64,000 nucleotides of DNA from NCBI GenBank assembly GCA_020199905.1, contig JAIVJS010000076.1, forward strand, positions 13,842-77,841, in the 5' to 3' direction. Both the position numbers and the translations under genes were made by a program. The notes beneath the pieces are model-generated. The model did not search any database. It was not told where the DNA came from and saw only the letters and a program-made list of their open reading frames with translations. Positions 8,836-18,023 of this stretch are shown in pieces. The stretch comes from Acidobacteriota bacterium. GTDB lineage: Bacteria > Acidobacteriota > Thermoanaerobaculia > UBA5066 > Gp7-AA6. The stretch's first letter is position 1. The number at the start of each line of letters is the position of its first letter.

Positions 8836-10014
8836 ATGGCGATCGAGTCCTCCGCCTCTCCGAGCCCGGCGTTCTCGTCGTTCACTCACCTCGAGTGCAC
8901 GCGGTGCGGAGAGCGTCTCGCCAGGGACGGCGGCGCCAATCTCTGCCCGCGTTGCCGCGGCCCGCTCTTCGCCCGGTACGCGCCGCCGCGGCTCGATCGC
9001 GCCGGAGTCTCCGGACGCGCGCGGTCCATGTGGCGATGGCACGAGATGATGCCGGTCGGCGATCCCTCGAACGTCGTGTCGCTCGGCGAAGGCGGAACTC
9101 CCCTGCTCTCCGCGCCGAGGCTCGGAGCGAAGGCGGGATTCACGGACCTCTGGATCAAGGACGAGGGCAACAATCCCTCCGGCTCGTTCAAGGCGCGCGG
9201 GCTCTCGGCGGCGGTCTCCCGCGCCCTGGAGCTCGGCCACACCGCGATCGCCGTGCCCACCGCGGGAAACGCGGGAGGTGCCGCCGCCGCATATGCCGCC
9301 CGCGCGGGCCTCGCGTGCCACGTCTTCATGCCCGCCGACACGCCGCCCGTGTTTCGCGTCGAGTGCGAGCGATACGGCGCGGCGGTCACCATGGTGGACG
9401 GGCTGATCGACGCGTGCGGAAGGCTCGTCGCGGAGCGCGCTCCGCTCGAAGGCTGGCACGACGTTTCGACTCTCAAGGAGCCGTACCGGGTCGAGGGGAA
9501 GAAGACCATGGGATACGAGCTCGCCGAGGAATTCGGCTGGGAGCTGCCGGACGCCGTCCTGTACCCGACCGGCGGAGGCACCGGCCTGATCGGCATGTGG
9601 AAGGCGTTCGAGGAGATGGAGGCGCTCGGCTGGATCGGGCCGAAACGTCCCCGGATGTTCTCAGTGCAGGCGGCCGGGTGCGCCCCGATCGTCCGCGCGT
9701 TCGAGGAGGGAAAGCCCGTTTCCGAAAAGTGGGAGAACGCCGCCACGTACGCCTCCGGCCTGCGGGTCCCCAAGGCGTACGCGGACGATCTGATCCTCTC
9801 CGCCGTGCGGGCGTCCGGTGGAATCGCCATCGCGGTCGAGGACGAGGCGATGCGGCGCGCGAGCGACGAGATCGGCGGCTCGGAGGGTCTCTTCGTCGCG
9901 CCGGAAGGGGGCGCCGTCTGGGCCGCCGCGAAGGCTTTGAAAATTTCGGCCGACCTCGATCCGCTTGCGCGGATCGTGCTGTTCAACACGGGGAGCGGCT
10001 TCAAGTACCTCTAA
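8836..10014 (+). CDS. thrC: Threonine synthase family PLP enzyme
   Basis: N-terminal CxxC/CxxC ribbon, SLGEGGTPL, NPSGSFKARG (PLP Lys), EGKKTMGYE, PTGGG and FNTGSGFKY. Confidence 0.88.
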   Translation: MAIESSASPSPAFSSFTHLECTRCGERLARDGGANLCPRCRGPLFARYAPPRLDRAGVSGRARSMWRWHEMMPVGDPSNVVSLGEGGTPLLSAPRLGAKAGFTDLWIKDEGNNPSGSFKARGLSAAVSRALELGHTAIAVPTAGNAGGAAAAYAARAGLACHVFMPADTPPVFRVECERYGAAVTMVDGLIDACGRLVAERAPLEGWHDVSTLKEPYRVEGKKTMGYELAEEFGWELPDAVLYPTGGGTGLIGMWKAFEEMEALGWIGPKRPRMFSVQAAGCAPIVRAFEEGKPVSEKWENAATYASGLRVPKAYADDLILSAVRASGGIAIAVEDEAMRRASDEIGGSEGLFVAPEGGAVWAAAKALKISADLDPLARIVLFNTGSGFKYL

Positions 10015-10069
10015 AACGGAAGGCGGGAGGCGGCAGGCGGTGCGCCGCGCCCGTATAATCTCCGGTTCC

Positions 10070-12664
10070 ATGAAATACGGCTCCGTGCGGTCCCGTCTCG
10101 ACCCGATCCTTCCGACGGTGGAAAGGCCCGGGCGCTACATCGGGATCGAACGGAACGTGACCCGCAAGGATCTCTCGAAGGCCGCGGTGACGCTCGCCCT
10201 CGCGTTTCCCGACACGTACGAAATCGGGATGAGCCACACGGGCCTGAAGATCCTGTACGAGCTCGTCAACCGCCGGCCGGAGCTCGCGTGCGAGCGCGTC
10301 TACGCCCCCTGGACGGACCTCGAAGCCAAGATGCGCGCCGGCGGCATTCCCCTCTTCTCGACCGAGTCTTTCGCGCCCGCGGCCGACTTCGACGTGGTGG
10401 GCTTTTCGCTCCAGGCTGAGGTCAACTATTCGAACATCCTGAACATGCTTGACCTCGCCGGGATCCCGGTGTGGCAGCGCGATCGAGGCGACGCGGATCC
10501 GCTGGTGCTGGGCGGCGGACCGTGCACCGCCAACCCGGAGCCGATCGCCGATTTCTTCGATGCGTTCCTGATCGGCGACGCCGAGGAAGCGCTCCTGCGG
10601 TTCCTCGACGCGTACCGCGAGGCGCGCGATGCGGGCCTTGCGCGGGGGGATCTCCTCGCCCGCCTCTCGCAGATCGAGGGCATCTACGTCCCGTCCTTCT
10701 ACGACGTGGCGTACTCCGAGGACGGCCGCATTTCTGCGATCACGCGCAACGACCCGCGAGCGCCCGAGAACCCGAAGCGCACCTGGGTGCCGGTCTTGAA
10801 ACCCGAGTACTACCCCGAGAAGCCGATGGTGCCCTCGGTCGAGATCGTGCAGGACCGCCTGGGGCTCGAGGTCATGCGCGGCTGCACGCAGGGATGCCGC
10901 TTCTGCCAGGCCGGGTACTGGTACCGGCCGGTGCGCGAGCTCGATCCCGACGACGTCGCGGCGATGACGACGAAGTTCATCGCGGAATCCGGCTGGAGCG
11001 AGGTGGGGCTGCTGTCTCTCTCGACCGCCGATTACTCTCAGATCGAGCCGCTCGTGAAATGCCTCGCCCCGCAACTCTCGGACCGCCGCGTCTCGATCTC
11101 CCTCCCGTCGCTTCGCGCCGAGGCCTTCTCCGTGGGCCTCGCCGACGCGGTGTCCGAAGTGCGCAAGTCCGGGTTCACGTTCGCTCCGGAAACCGGGTCC
11201 GACCGGCTGCGGCGCGTCATCAACAAGACGTTCACCAACGCCGACATGGTCCAGGCGGCGGACTTCGCGTTCTCGAGGGGATGGGACCTGATCAAGGTGT
11301 ACACGATGATCGGGCTGCCGACCGAGACGTCTTCCGACCTCGACGAGCTGGTCACACTCGTCGAGAACATCCTCAAGCAGGGCCGCCGCCACGGGCGCAA
11401 GGAAGTCAACGTGTCCGTGGGCTCGTTCGTCCCGAAGTCATGGACGCCCTTCCAGTGGGCGCCGTTCGACGGCGTCGCGGTCCTCGAGCGAAAGCTCGCG
11501 TATCTGAAGGACCGCTTCCGGAGCGTCCGCGGCGCGAAGCTCAAGTGGCACGAGCCCCGGGAGGCGGAGATCGAGTGCGTGCTGTCGCGCGGCGACCGGC
11601 GCATGGGTCGTGTGCTCCATACCGCCTGGACGTCCGGGGTCCGATTCGACGGCTGGAGCGAGCACTTCCGGCACGACCTCTGGATGAAGGCGTTCGAGGC
11701 GGAAGGCATCTCGAAGGAAAGCTACCTCCGGGCGTATGAGCTGGATGAGATTCTCCCCTGGGACATCCTGGACGTCTCCATCCGCAAGCGTTTCCTCCAG
11801 ATCGAGCTCATCAAGGCGAAGAAGGAGATGCGCACGGAGGATTGCAAGTGGGGGCACTGCTACGCGTGCGGCGTCCCCGGCAACGGCGAGGACACCGTGC
11901 TCGCGGCGGCCATGGCGGGCCGCCTGCCCGCGGCGATGGATGCCGCCCGCGCGTCGGACCCCGCGTCGTACCGCGACGTCGCGAAAGGCGCCGCGTACCG
12001 CCAGAAGGCGCTTCCGGACCTGCCGTCCGCCGCCCGCGGACCGCGCGTCTTCACGGGAACGCCTCGCCGCAACCGCGTCTCGTTCCAGAAGACAGGCGAC
12101 GCGCGTTTTCTCTCGCACCGCAACACGATGGACGTCTTCGAGCGCGCCATCCGGGCGGCGGGGCTTCCGGCGCGTTACAGCGAGGGGTTCAACCCGCACA
12201 TGAGGCTCTCGATGGGGCCGGCCCTCCCGCTCGGCCTCGAGAGCCTCCACGAAGTCTTCGACGTCGAGACCGTCGCGCCCTTCCCCGAAGACGCGGCCGG
12301 GCAAATCGAGGCGAAGCTGCCGCCCGGGATCGCCGTGCTCGAGGTGCGCGAGCTGGGTCCGGCCGAGCGCGCGCTCTCGCGCTCCGTCAAGGGCGCCCGG
12401 TACGCGGTGCGCCTCGCGTCGGAGGAGCAGATCGCCCGAGCCGGCGACGCCGTGGCCAACGGATGGAGCGAGGCGGTCCCGGCCCTGCGCGCCCTTTCGC
12501 TCGAGACCGGTCCCGCGGGCTCGCGGCTCCTCTTCGAGGTGAACCTCGACCAGGCCGCGGGCGAGACCTCGACGCCGAAGAAGGTCCTGGAGAAGCTCCT
12601 CGCCATCGCGCCGGAAGACCAGGCGACGCTCTCGGTGACACGAGAGGCGACGGTTTTGGGATAG
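10070..12664 (+). CDS. TIGR03960-type B12-binding radical SAM protein fused to a TIGR03936/DUF2344-type C-terminal domain
   Basis: ALAFPDTYEIGMSH, EVMRGCTQGCRFCQAG, FTFAPETGSDRLR, FVPKSWTPFQW; C-terminal RFLSH...YSEGFNPH..LS.GPALPLG. ATG at 10070 follows TATAAT. Confidence 0.88.
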   Translation: MKYGSVRSRLDPILPTVERPGRYIGIERNVTRKDLSKAAVTLALAFPDTYEIGMSHTGLKILYELVNRRPELACERVYAPWTDLEAKMRAGGIPLFSTESFAPAADFDVVGFSLQAEVNYSNILNMLDLAGIPVWQRDRGDADPLVLGGGPCTANPEPIADFFDAFLIGDAEEALLRFLDAYREARDAGLARGDLLARLSQIEGIYVPSFYDVAYSEDGRISAITRNDPRAPENPKRTWVPVLKPEYYPEKPMVPSVEIVQDRLGLEVMRGCTQGCRFCQAGYWYRPVRELDPDDVAAMTTKFIAESGWSEVGLLSLSTADYSQIEPLVKCLAPQLSDRRVSISLPSLRAEAFSVGLADAVSEVRKSGFTFAPETGSDRLRRVINKTFTNADMVQAADFAFSRGWDLIKVYTMIGLPTETSSDLDELVTLVENILKQGRRHGRKEVNVSVGSFVPKSWTPFQWAPFDGVAVLERKLAYLKDRFRSVRGAKLKWHEPREAEIECVLSRGDRRMGRVLHTAWTSGVRFDGWSEHFRHDLWMKAFEAEGISKESYLRAYELDEILPWDILDVSIRKRFLQIELIKAKKEMRTEDCKWGHCYACGVPGNGEDTVLAAAMAGRLPAAMDAARASDPASYRDVAKGAAYRQKALPDLPSAARGPRVFTGTPRRNRVSFQKTGDARFLSHRNTMDVFERAIRAAGLPARYSEGFNPHMRLSMGPALPLGLESLHEVFDVETVAPFPEDAAGQIEAKLPPGIAVLEVRELGPAERALSRSVKGARYAVRLASEEQIARAGDAVANGWSEAVPALRALSLETGPAGSRLLFEVNLDQAAGETSTPKKVLEKLLAIAPEDQATLSVTREATVLG

Positions 12665-12760
12665 TTGAGAGTCAAGAGTTGCGGGTTGAGAGTCCAGAAG
12701 TCGAAAACGAATTCCGGCCTCCTGCACGAACTCTTAACTCATAACTCTCAACTCTAAACT
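12662..12760. repeat. Inverted pair of 7-bp arrays (AGTTGAG / AACTCTC)
   Basis: agttgag agtcaag agttgcg ggttgag agt ... aactctt aactcat aactctc aactcta aact. Confidence 0.75.
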
Positions 12761-12765
12761 TCCCC

Positions 12766-13143
12766 ATGTACCGCATCACCGTGACGGCGCGCTTCGAGGC
12801 CGCGCACAACCTGATCGACTACGCCGGCGGTCCGGAGCCGCTGCACGGGCATTCTTATCGGGTGGACGCGGTGCTCGAGTCGGAGAAGCTCCAGCAGCAC
12901 GATCTCGCGGTGGATTTCGTCTCCGGCCGGAACGCTCTCGACGCGATCGCGAAAGAGCTCGACTACTCCTACCTGAACGAGCACCCCGCCTTTGCCGGCC
13001 GAAACACTTCCGCGGAAAATCTCGCCCGGCATTTCGCCGAGCGGCTCGACGCGTCGGGAGCGCTCGGCTGGTCTCGCGTCGCGGAGGTCACGGTGTGGGA
13101 AGGGCCGGAGAATCGCGCGACGTACGTCCCTCCGCCGAGATGA
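12766..13143 (+). CDS. 6-pyruvoyl-tetrahydropterin synthase family protein (QueD-like fold, ExxHGH PTPS-III-type motif)
   Basis: FEAAH, EPLHGHSY, LDYSYLNE, NTSAENLA and VTVWE motifs. Confidence 0.85.
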   Translation: MYRITVTARFEAAHNLIDYAGGPEPLHGHSYRVDAVLESEKLQQHDLAVDFVSGRNALDAIAKELDYSYLNEHPAFAGRNTSAENLARHFAERLDASGALGWSRVAEVTVWEGPENRATYVPPPR

Positions 13144-13249
13144 GGTTTACGCCCGTCACCTGCTAGCATCAGCCCGCCCCCCACAGCCGGCACGGCCGGA
13201 GAGGAGACGACATGACTGTCGCGTTCACGCGAAACGGCGCTCGCGCGAA

Positions 13250-13708
13250 ATGAACTTCCGGGAGATTACGAGCGACGCGGACATCCAGGCCGCCGTCCCC
13301 CTGATGTCGTCTCTGCGCGACCGCATCCGCGAGGAGACGTTTCTCTCGGAGGTCCGCCGCCAGCAGATCGAGGGCTATCGCCTCTACGGGGCGTTCGAGG
13401 GCGACCGGCTCGTTTCGCTCGCCGGAGTGCGCCGGACGCACACGCTCGCGCGCGGCGAGCACCTGTTCGTGGACGATCTGGTCACGAGCGCCGAAGACCG
13501 CGGGAAGGGATACGGTCAGGCGCTCCTCGCCTGGCTCGCCGAGGAAAGCGCCCGGCAGGGAGTCGCCCGCATTCACCTGGACAGCCGCAGCACGGCGCGT
13601 GGCTTCTACGAAAAGATCGGCTTCGCGTTCGCGACGTCTCTCCCCTGCTCGATCGACGCGGACAATCCGGCGCTGCGCCGCCGCAACGAAAAAACCTCCG
13701 CGGGATGA
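13250..13708 (+). CDS. GNAT family N-acetyltransferase
   Basis: LFVDDLVT..RGKGYG acetyl-CoA motif and ARGFYEKIGF; start MNFREI at 13250. Confidence 0.88.
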   Translation: MNFREITSDADIQAAVPLMSSLRDRIREETFLSEVRRQQIEGYRLYGAFEGDRLVSLAGVRRTHTLARGEHLFVDDLVTSAEDRGKGYGQALLAWLAEESARQGVARIHLDSRSTARGFYEKIGFAFATSLPCSIDADNPALRRRNEKTSAG

Positions 13709-16035
13709 CCGGGCCGGGCCGGCTCAAGGGAGCGCGAACGGCGCTCGTCATCCTGACGCTCCTGAATCTCTTCAATTACCTCGACCGCTACGTCCTCGCG
13801 TCTCTCTTCGAGAGCCTCAAGGCGTCGGAGCTCCATCTCTCGGACAAACAGCTCGGCTCGCTTTTCACCGCGTTCCTGGTCGTCTACATGCTGACGTCCC
13901 CTCTGTTCGGTCGGCTCGGCGACCGCGCGTCGAGGCCGAGGCTGCTGGCCGCCGGCGTCGCGATCTGGAGCCTGGCCACGGCGCTCGGAGGGCTGGCGCG
14001 CTCTTTTTCGGGCCTCTTCGCGGCGCGGGCGTCTGTCGGGATCGGGGAGGCGGCGTATGGAACGATCGCGCCGGCGCTGCTCGCGGATTCGTTTCCGAAG
14101 GAGCGCCGGGGATTCGTGTTCGCGGTCTTCTTCGCGGCGATCCCGATCGGCTCGGCGCTCGGGTACGTGCTCGGCGGCTACATGGACCAGCACTTCGGCT
14201 GGCGGACGGCGTTCTTCGTGGCGGGCGGGCCGGGGCTGCTCCTCGCCCTCCTCTGCCTTCTCCTTCGCGACCCGCCGCGGGGATCGCAGGATGAGCCTTC
14301 GAAGGCCGCCCCGCTCGCGCAGGGCGCCCGCGCCGCCTATGCGCGTCTCTTCGCCAACCCCGCCTATCGCCTGACCGTCGCCGGCTACGCCGCTTACACC
14401 TTCGCGCTCGGCGGCGTCGCGGCGTGGACTCCGGCGTTTCTGGAGCGGGTGCGTGGGATGCCGAAGAGCGCGGCGACGATCCAGTTCGGCGCGATCGTCG
14501 TCGTGACGGGTTTTCTCGGGACGTTCGCCGGCGGATGGCTCGGAGACCGCCTGCTGCGCCGCGACCGCCAGGCCTACCTGAAGCTCTCGGGCTGGACCGC
14601 GATCGCCGCGGCGCCCGCGGCGGCCATCGCATTCTTCGCTCCGGGCCGCGCGCTGCCGATGGCCGGAATCGTCGGCGCGGAGGCCTCAGACGCAAGTCAC
14701 AGCAGGCGGGTGAGGTCCCTTCTTCGCGCGCTCTTCGCCCAGGCGCTGCGCATCTTCTTCCGCCGTATCGAGGTCGAAGGCGCCGAGCGCGTCCCGGAGA
14801 CCGGTCCCGCGATCTTCGTGGTCAACCACCCCAACGCGCTTGTCGACCCGGTCCTGCTCCTGTGCTTTTCGCCGCGGCCGATTTCGTTTCTCGCCAAGGC
14901 GCCCCTCTTCCGGATGCCGGTCGTCGGCCTTCTCGTCCGGACCTTCGACTCCATACCCGTGTACCGCGCCCAGGACGGAGTCGATCAGCTCGTTCACAAC
15001 CGGGAGACGTTCGAGAGCGCGGGCCGGGTGCTCGCGCGGGGCGGGACGCTGGCGCTTTTTCCGGAGGGGATCTCGCACGACGAGCCGAAGCTCGCCCCTT
15101 TGAAGTCGGGCGCCGCGCGCATCGCGCTCGGGACGGCCACCTCCACGGGCGCGACCCTGTCCGTCGTTCCGGCGGGCCTCTACTACACCTGGAAGAACCG
15201 GTTTCGAAGCTCCGCCCTCCTCGTGTTCGGCGAGCCGCTTTCTGTTCCGCCCGGGGAGTCCCGCCCGGGCGGGGAGCCGGACCGCGAGGCGGTCGACGCG
15301 CTGACGGATCGCATCGCCGCCGCGCTGTCCGCCCTGACCCTGCAGGCCGACACGCGCGGGGCGATGGACCTCGTGCGGCGGGCGGAACGGATCTTCGGCG
15401 CCGGAGCGGACCGGCCGAGGCTCGCGGAAGAGCTGTCGCGGCGTCAGCGCTTCATCACCGGATACCAGCGGCTCGCCGAGGCCGATCCCGCGAGACTCTC
15501 CGCCCTCGAAGGCCGCATCCGGCGCTTCGAGGTCGAACGGCGCGAGGCGGGCCTCTCGCTCGAGCACCTGAGCGCCGAAGCTCTCTCACCGCGCGGGCTC
15601 GCGAGGCTCGTCGCCGAGAACCTCGCAACACTCGTCCTTCTGCCCTTTGCCGCGGCGGGAGCTCTCCTCCACTATCCCGCGTATCGGCTGTCCGGATTCC
15701 TGGCTCGCCGCCTGGTCCGCGACGGGGAGGACGTCCTGGCGACGGTGAAGGTCGCCTCCTCGATGCTGCTGTTCCCTCTCACGTGGGCCGCCGCGTCTTA
15801 CGCCGCCTGGCGCCTCTGGGGTCCCGCCTTCGGCCTCGCGGCGATCGTGCTGGCCCCCTTCTGCGGCTGGGCCGCACTTCGCGCCGCGGAGTCCATCGAC
15901 ACCCTCCTCGGAAGAGCGTGGGCGCTCGCGTTCCTCTTCTTTCGCGGCACGGCGCTCCGCCGCCTTCTCGCCCAGCGCGCGGCCATTCAGCGCGAGATCG
16001 GAAAGGTTGAAAAAGAGTTAAGGGTTGAGGGTTGA
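13705..16035 (+). CDS. Spinster-like MFS transporter (C-terminally incomplete) fused in frame to a PlsC-type lysophospholipid acyltransferase
   Basis: N-half: LLNLFNYLDRY, GRLGDR, ARASVGIGEAAY. From about 14710: VVNHPNALVD, FLAKAPLF, IPVYR, LFPEGISH acyltransferase motifs. Confidence 0.8.
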   Translation: MTGPGRLKGARTALVILTLLNLFNYLDRYVLASLFESLKASELHLSDKQLGSLFTAFLVVYMLTSPLFGRLGDRASRPRLLAAGVAIWSLATALGGLARSFSGLFAARASVGIGEAAYGTIAPALLADSFPKERRGFVFAVFFAAIPIGSALGYVLGGYMDQHFGWRTAFFVAGGPGLLLALLCLLLRDPPRGSQDEPSKAAPLAQGARAAYARLFANPAYRLTVAGYAAYTFALGGVAAWTPAFLERVRGMPKSAATIQFGAIVVVTGFLGTFAGGWLGDRLLRRDRQAYLKLSGWTAIAAAPAAAIAFFAPGRALPMAGIVGAEASDASHSRRVRSLLRALFAQALRIFFRRIEVEGAERVPETGPAIFVVNHPNALVDPVLLLCFSPRPISFLAKAPLFRMPVVGLLVRTFDSIPVYRAQDGVDQLVHNRETFESAGRVLARGGTLALFPEGISHDEPKLAPLKSGAARIALGTATSTGATLSVVPAGLYYTWKNRFRSSALLVFGEPLSVPPGESRPGGEPDREAVDALTDRIAAALSALTLQADTRGAMDLVRRAERIFGAGADRPRLAEELSRRQRFITGYQRLAEADPARLSALEGRIRRFEVERREAGLSLEHLSAEALSPRGLARLVAENLATLVLLPFAAAGALLHYPAYRLSGFLARRLVRDGEDVLATVKVASSMLLFPLTWAAASYAAWRLWGPAFGLAAIVLAPFCGWAALRAAESIDTLLGRAWALAFLFFRGTALRRLLAQRAAIQREIGKVEKELRVEG

Positions 16036-16081
16036 GAGTCCGAAGCCGCGTCTTACTCTCTCAACTCTGAACTCTCAACTC
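16004..16081. terminator. Inverted 7-bp arrays forming a long hairpin between convergent genes
   Basis: GAGTTAAGGGTTGAGGGTTGAGAG can pair with CTCTCAACTCTGAACTCTCAACTC; both stop codons lie inside the arms. Confidence 0.55.
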
Positions 16082-17946
16082 CCGATCACGGCCTTATTGT
16101 GCGCCGTCTTCCTTTTGCTGTGGTCGAGGATCCGCTTGCGGACGCGGATCGCGGCGGGGGTCACCTCGACGAGCTCGTCGTCGTTGATCCACTCGATCGC
16201 CTGTTCGATGTTCAGCTCCTTCGGCTGCGTGAGCTTGATCGCCATGTCGGAGGTCGACGCACGCATGTTCGTCAGGTGCTTCTTCTCGCACGGCTGGATG
16301 ACCATGTCGCCTTCCTTGACCTGCTCGCCGACGATCTGGCCCGGGTAGACCTTGTCCATGGGCTTGACGAAGAACGTCCCCCGATCTCCCAGCCGGTCGA
16401 GGGCGTAGGCGGTCACGTCGCCGCCTTCCTTGGCGATCATCGCGCCTTTCGACCGGTTCGGCAGCGGCCCTTTGTGCGGGCCGTACTGGTCGAAGAGGTG
16501 GTTCAACAATCCGGTGCCTTTGGTCAGGGTCAGAAACTCGAGCCGGAATCCCAGCAGGCCGCGCGAGGGAATCGTGAACTCGACGCGCGTCCGATCGCCG
16601 TGGCGGCCGACGTGCTTCAGTTCGCCGCGGCGCTCCCCGACGGCCGCGATCACGGCCCCGGTGAACTCGTCGGCGCAGTCGATCACGAGCTCTTCGTAGG
16701 GCTCCTGGAGCTGCCCGTTCTCGTCGCGCCGGAAGATGACCTGGGGGCGTCCCAGCGAGAATTCGTAGCTTTCGCGGCGCATCGTTTCGGCGAGGATGGC
16801 GAGCGACAGCTCTCCCCGACCCAGCACGAGGTACGCCTCGGGGGATCCCGTGGGCTCCATCCGGAGACCGACGTTGCGCTCGAGCTCCTTCTCCAGCCGC
16901 TCGAGGAGATTCCGGCTCGTCACGTACTTGCCGGAGAGCCCTGACATCGGCGAATCGTTGATCCGGAATTCCATCGAGAGCGTCGGCTCGTCGACCCGGA
17001 TGCCCGGCAGGGGATCGGGATCGGAGAGGTCGAGGATCGTGTGGCCGATCTCGATGTCGGGAAATCCCGAGATCATGCAGATGTCTCCGGCGGACGCGTC
17101 CGTGACCTCGACGCGCGTGATTCCCTCGAAGAGATAGATCTTCCCCGCCTTGCCTTTTTCGACGATGGTGCCGTCCGGCCGCACCGCCGCGAGATCGATC
17201 GCGTGGGAGAGGCTCCCCGAGTGAATCCGCCCGATGGCGAGCCGCCCCAGGTAGTCGGAGTAGTCGGTGTTCGCGACAATCATCTTGAAAGGCGAGTCGC
17301 CGATGATCGGAGCGGGAATGTGGTCCAGGATGCTGTCGAGCAGCGGCTTCAGGTCTCCCGACGTCGCAGCGGGGTCTCTGGACGCGAATCCGATCCGTCC
17401 CGAGCCGTAGAGGACTTCGAAATCGAGATGGTGGTCTTCCGTCGCCAGAGAAAGGAAGAGGTCCTTGATCTCCGCCTCGACTTCCATCGTCCGCGCGTCG
17501 GCGCGGTCGATCTTGTTGATCAGGACGATGGGCCGCTTGTTGCCTTCGAGCGCCTTCTTCAGGACGAACCGGGTCTGGGGAAGCGGGCCCTCCGAGGCGT
17601 CGACGAGAAGCAGAACGCCCTCGACCATCGTCAGGATCCGCTCGACCTCCGACCCGAAGTCTCTATGTCCCGGCGTGTCGACGATGTTGATGATCGTGTC
17701 GCGGTACTTGACGGCCGTGTTCTTCGCGAGAATGGTGATGCCACGCTCTTTCTCGAGCTCCCCCGAGTCCATGACGAGCTCCGCCACGTGCTGGCCCGCG
17801 CGGAAGGTGCCGCACTGGTTCAGAAGCGCGTCCACGAGCGTGGTTTTTCCGTGGTCGACGTGCGCCACGATGGCCAGCGCGCGCCGATCACCCCGCCGCT
17901 CGAGCGCGGAGGTATCTTTGGGATCCAGAGTCATCGTGTCTTCCAT
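16075..17946 (-). CDS. typA: Translational GTPase TypA/BipA
   Basis: [35 protein letters not shown] and KHLTNMRAS motifs. Confidence 0.95.
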   Translation of the reverse strand: MEDTMTLDPKDTSALERRGDRRALAIVAHVDHGKTTLVDALLNQCGTFRAGQHVAELVMDSGELEKERGITILAKNTAVKYRDTIINIVDTPGHRDFGSEVERILTMVEGVLLLVDASEGPLPQTRFVLKKALEGNKRPIVLINKIDRADARTMEVEAEIKDLFLSLATEDHHLDFEVLYGSGRIGFASRDPAATSGDLKPLLDSILDHIPAPIIGDSPFKMIVANTDYSDYLGRLAIGRIHSGSLSHAIDLAAVRPDGTIVEKGKAGKIYLFEGITRVEVTDASAGDICMISGFPDIEIGHTILDLSDPDPLPGIRVDEPTLSMEFRINDSPMSGLSGKYVTSRNLLERLEKELERNVGLRMEPTGSPEAYLVLGRGELSLAILAETMRRESYEFSLGRPQVIFRRDENGQLQEPYEELVIDCADEFTGAVIAAVGERRGELKHVGRHGDRTRVEFTIPSRGLLGFRLEFLTLTKGTGLLNHLFDQYGPHKGPLPNRSKGAMIAKEGGDVTAYALDRLGDRGTFFVKPMDKVYPGQIVGEQVKEGDMVIQPCEKKHLTNMRASTSDMAIKLTQPKELNIEQAIEWINDDELVEVTPAAIRVRKRILDHSKRKTAHNKAVIGS

Positions 17947-18023
17947 TCTTATTCTTTCTCTTTCGGGAAGTCGCGGCAAACGGGGAGATGAACGATAACA
18001 GGATGCCCGGCGGTTCCATTTCC

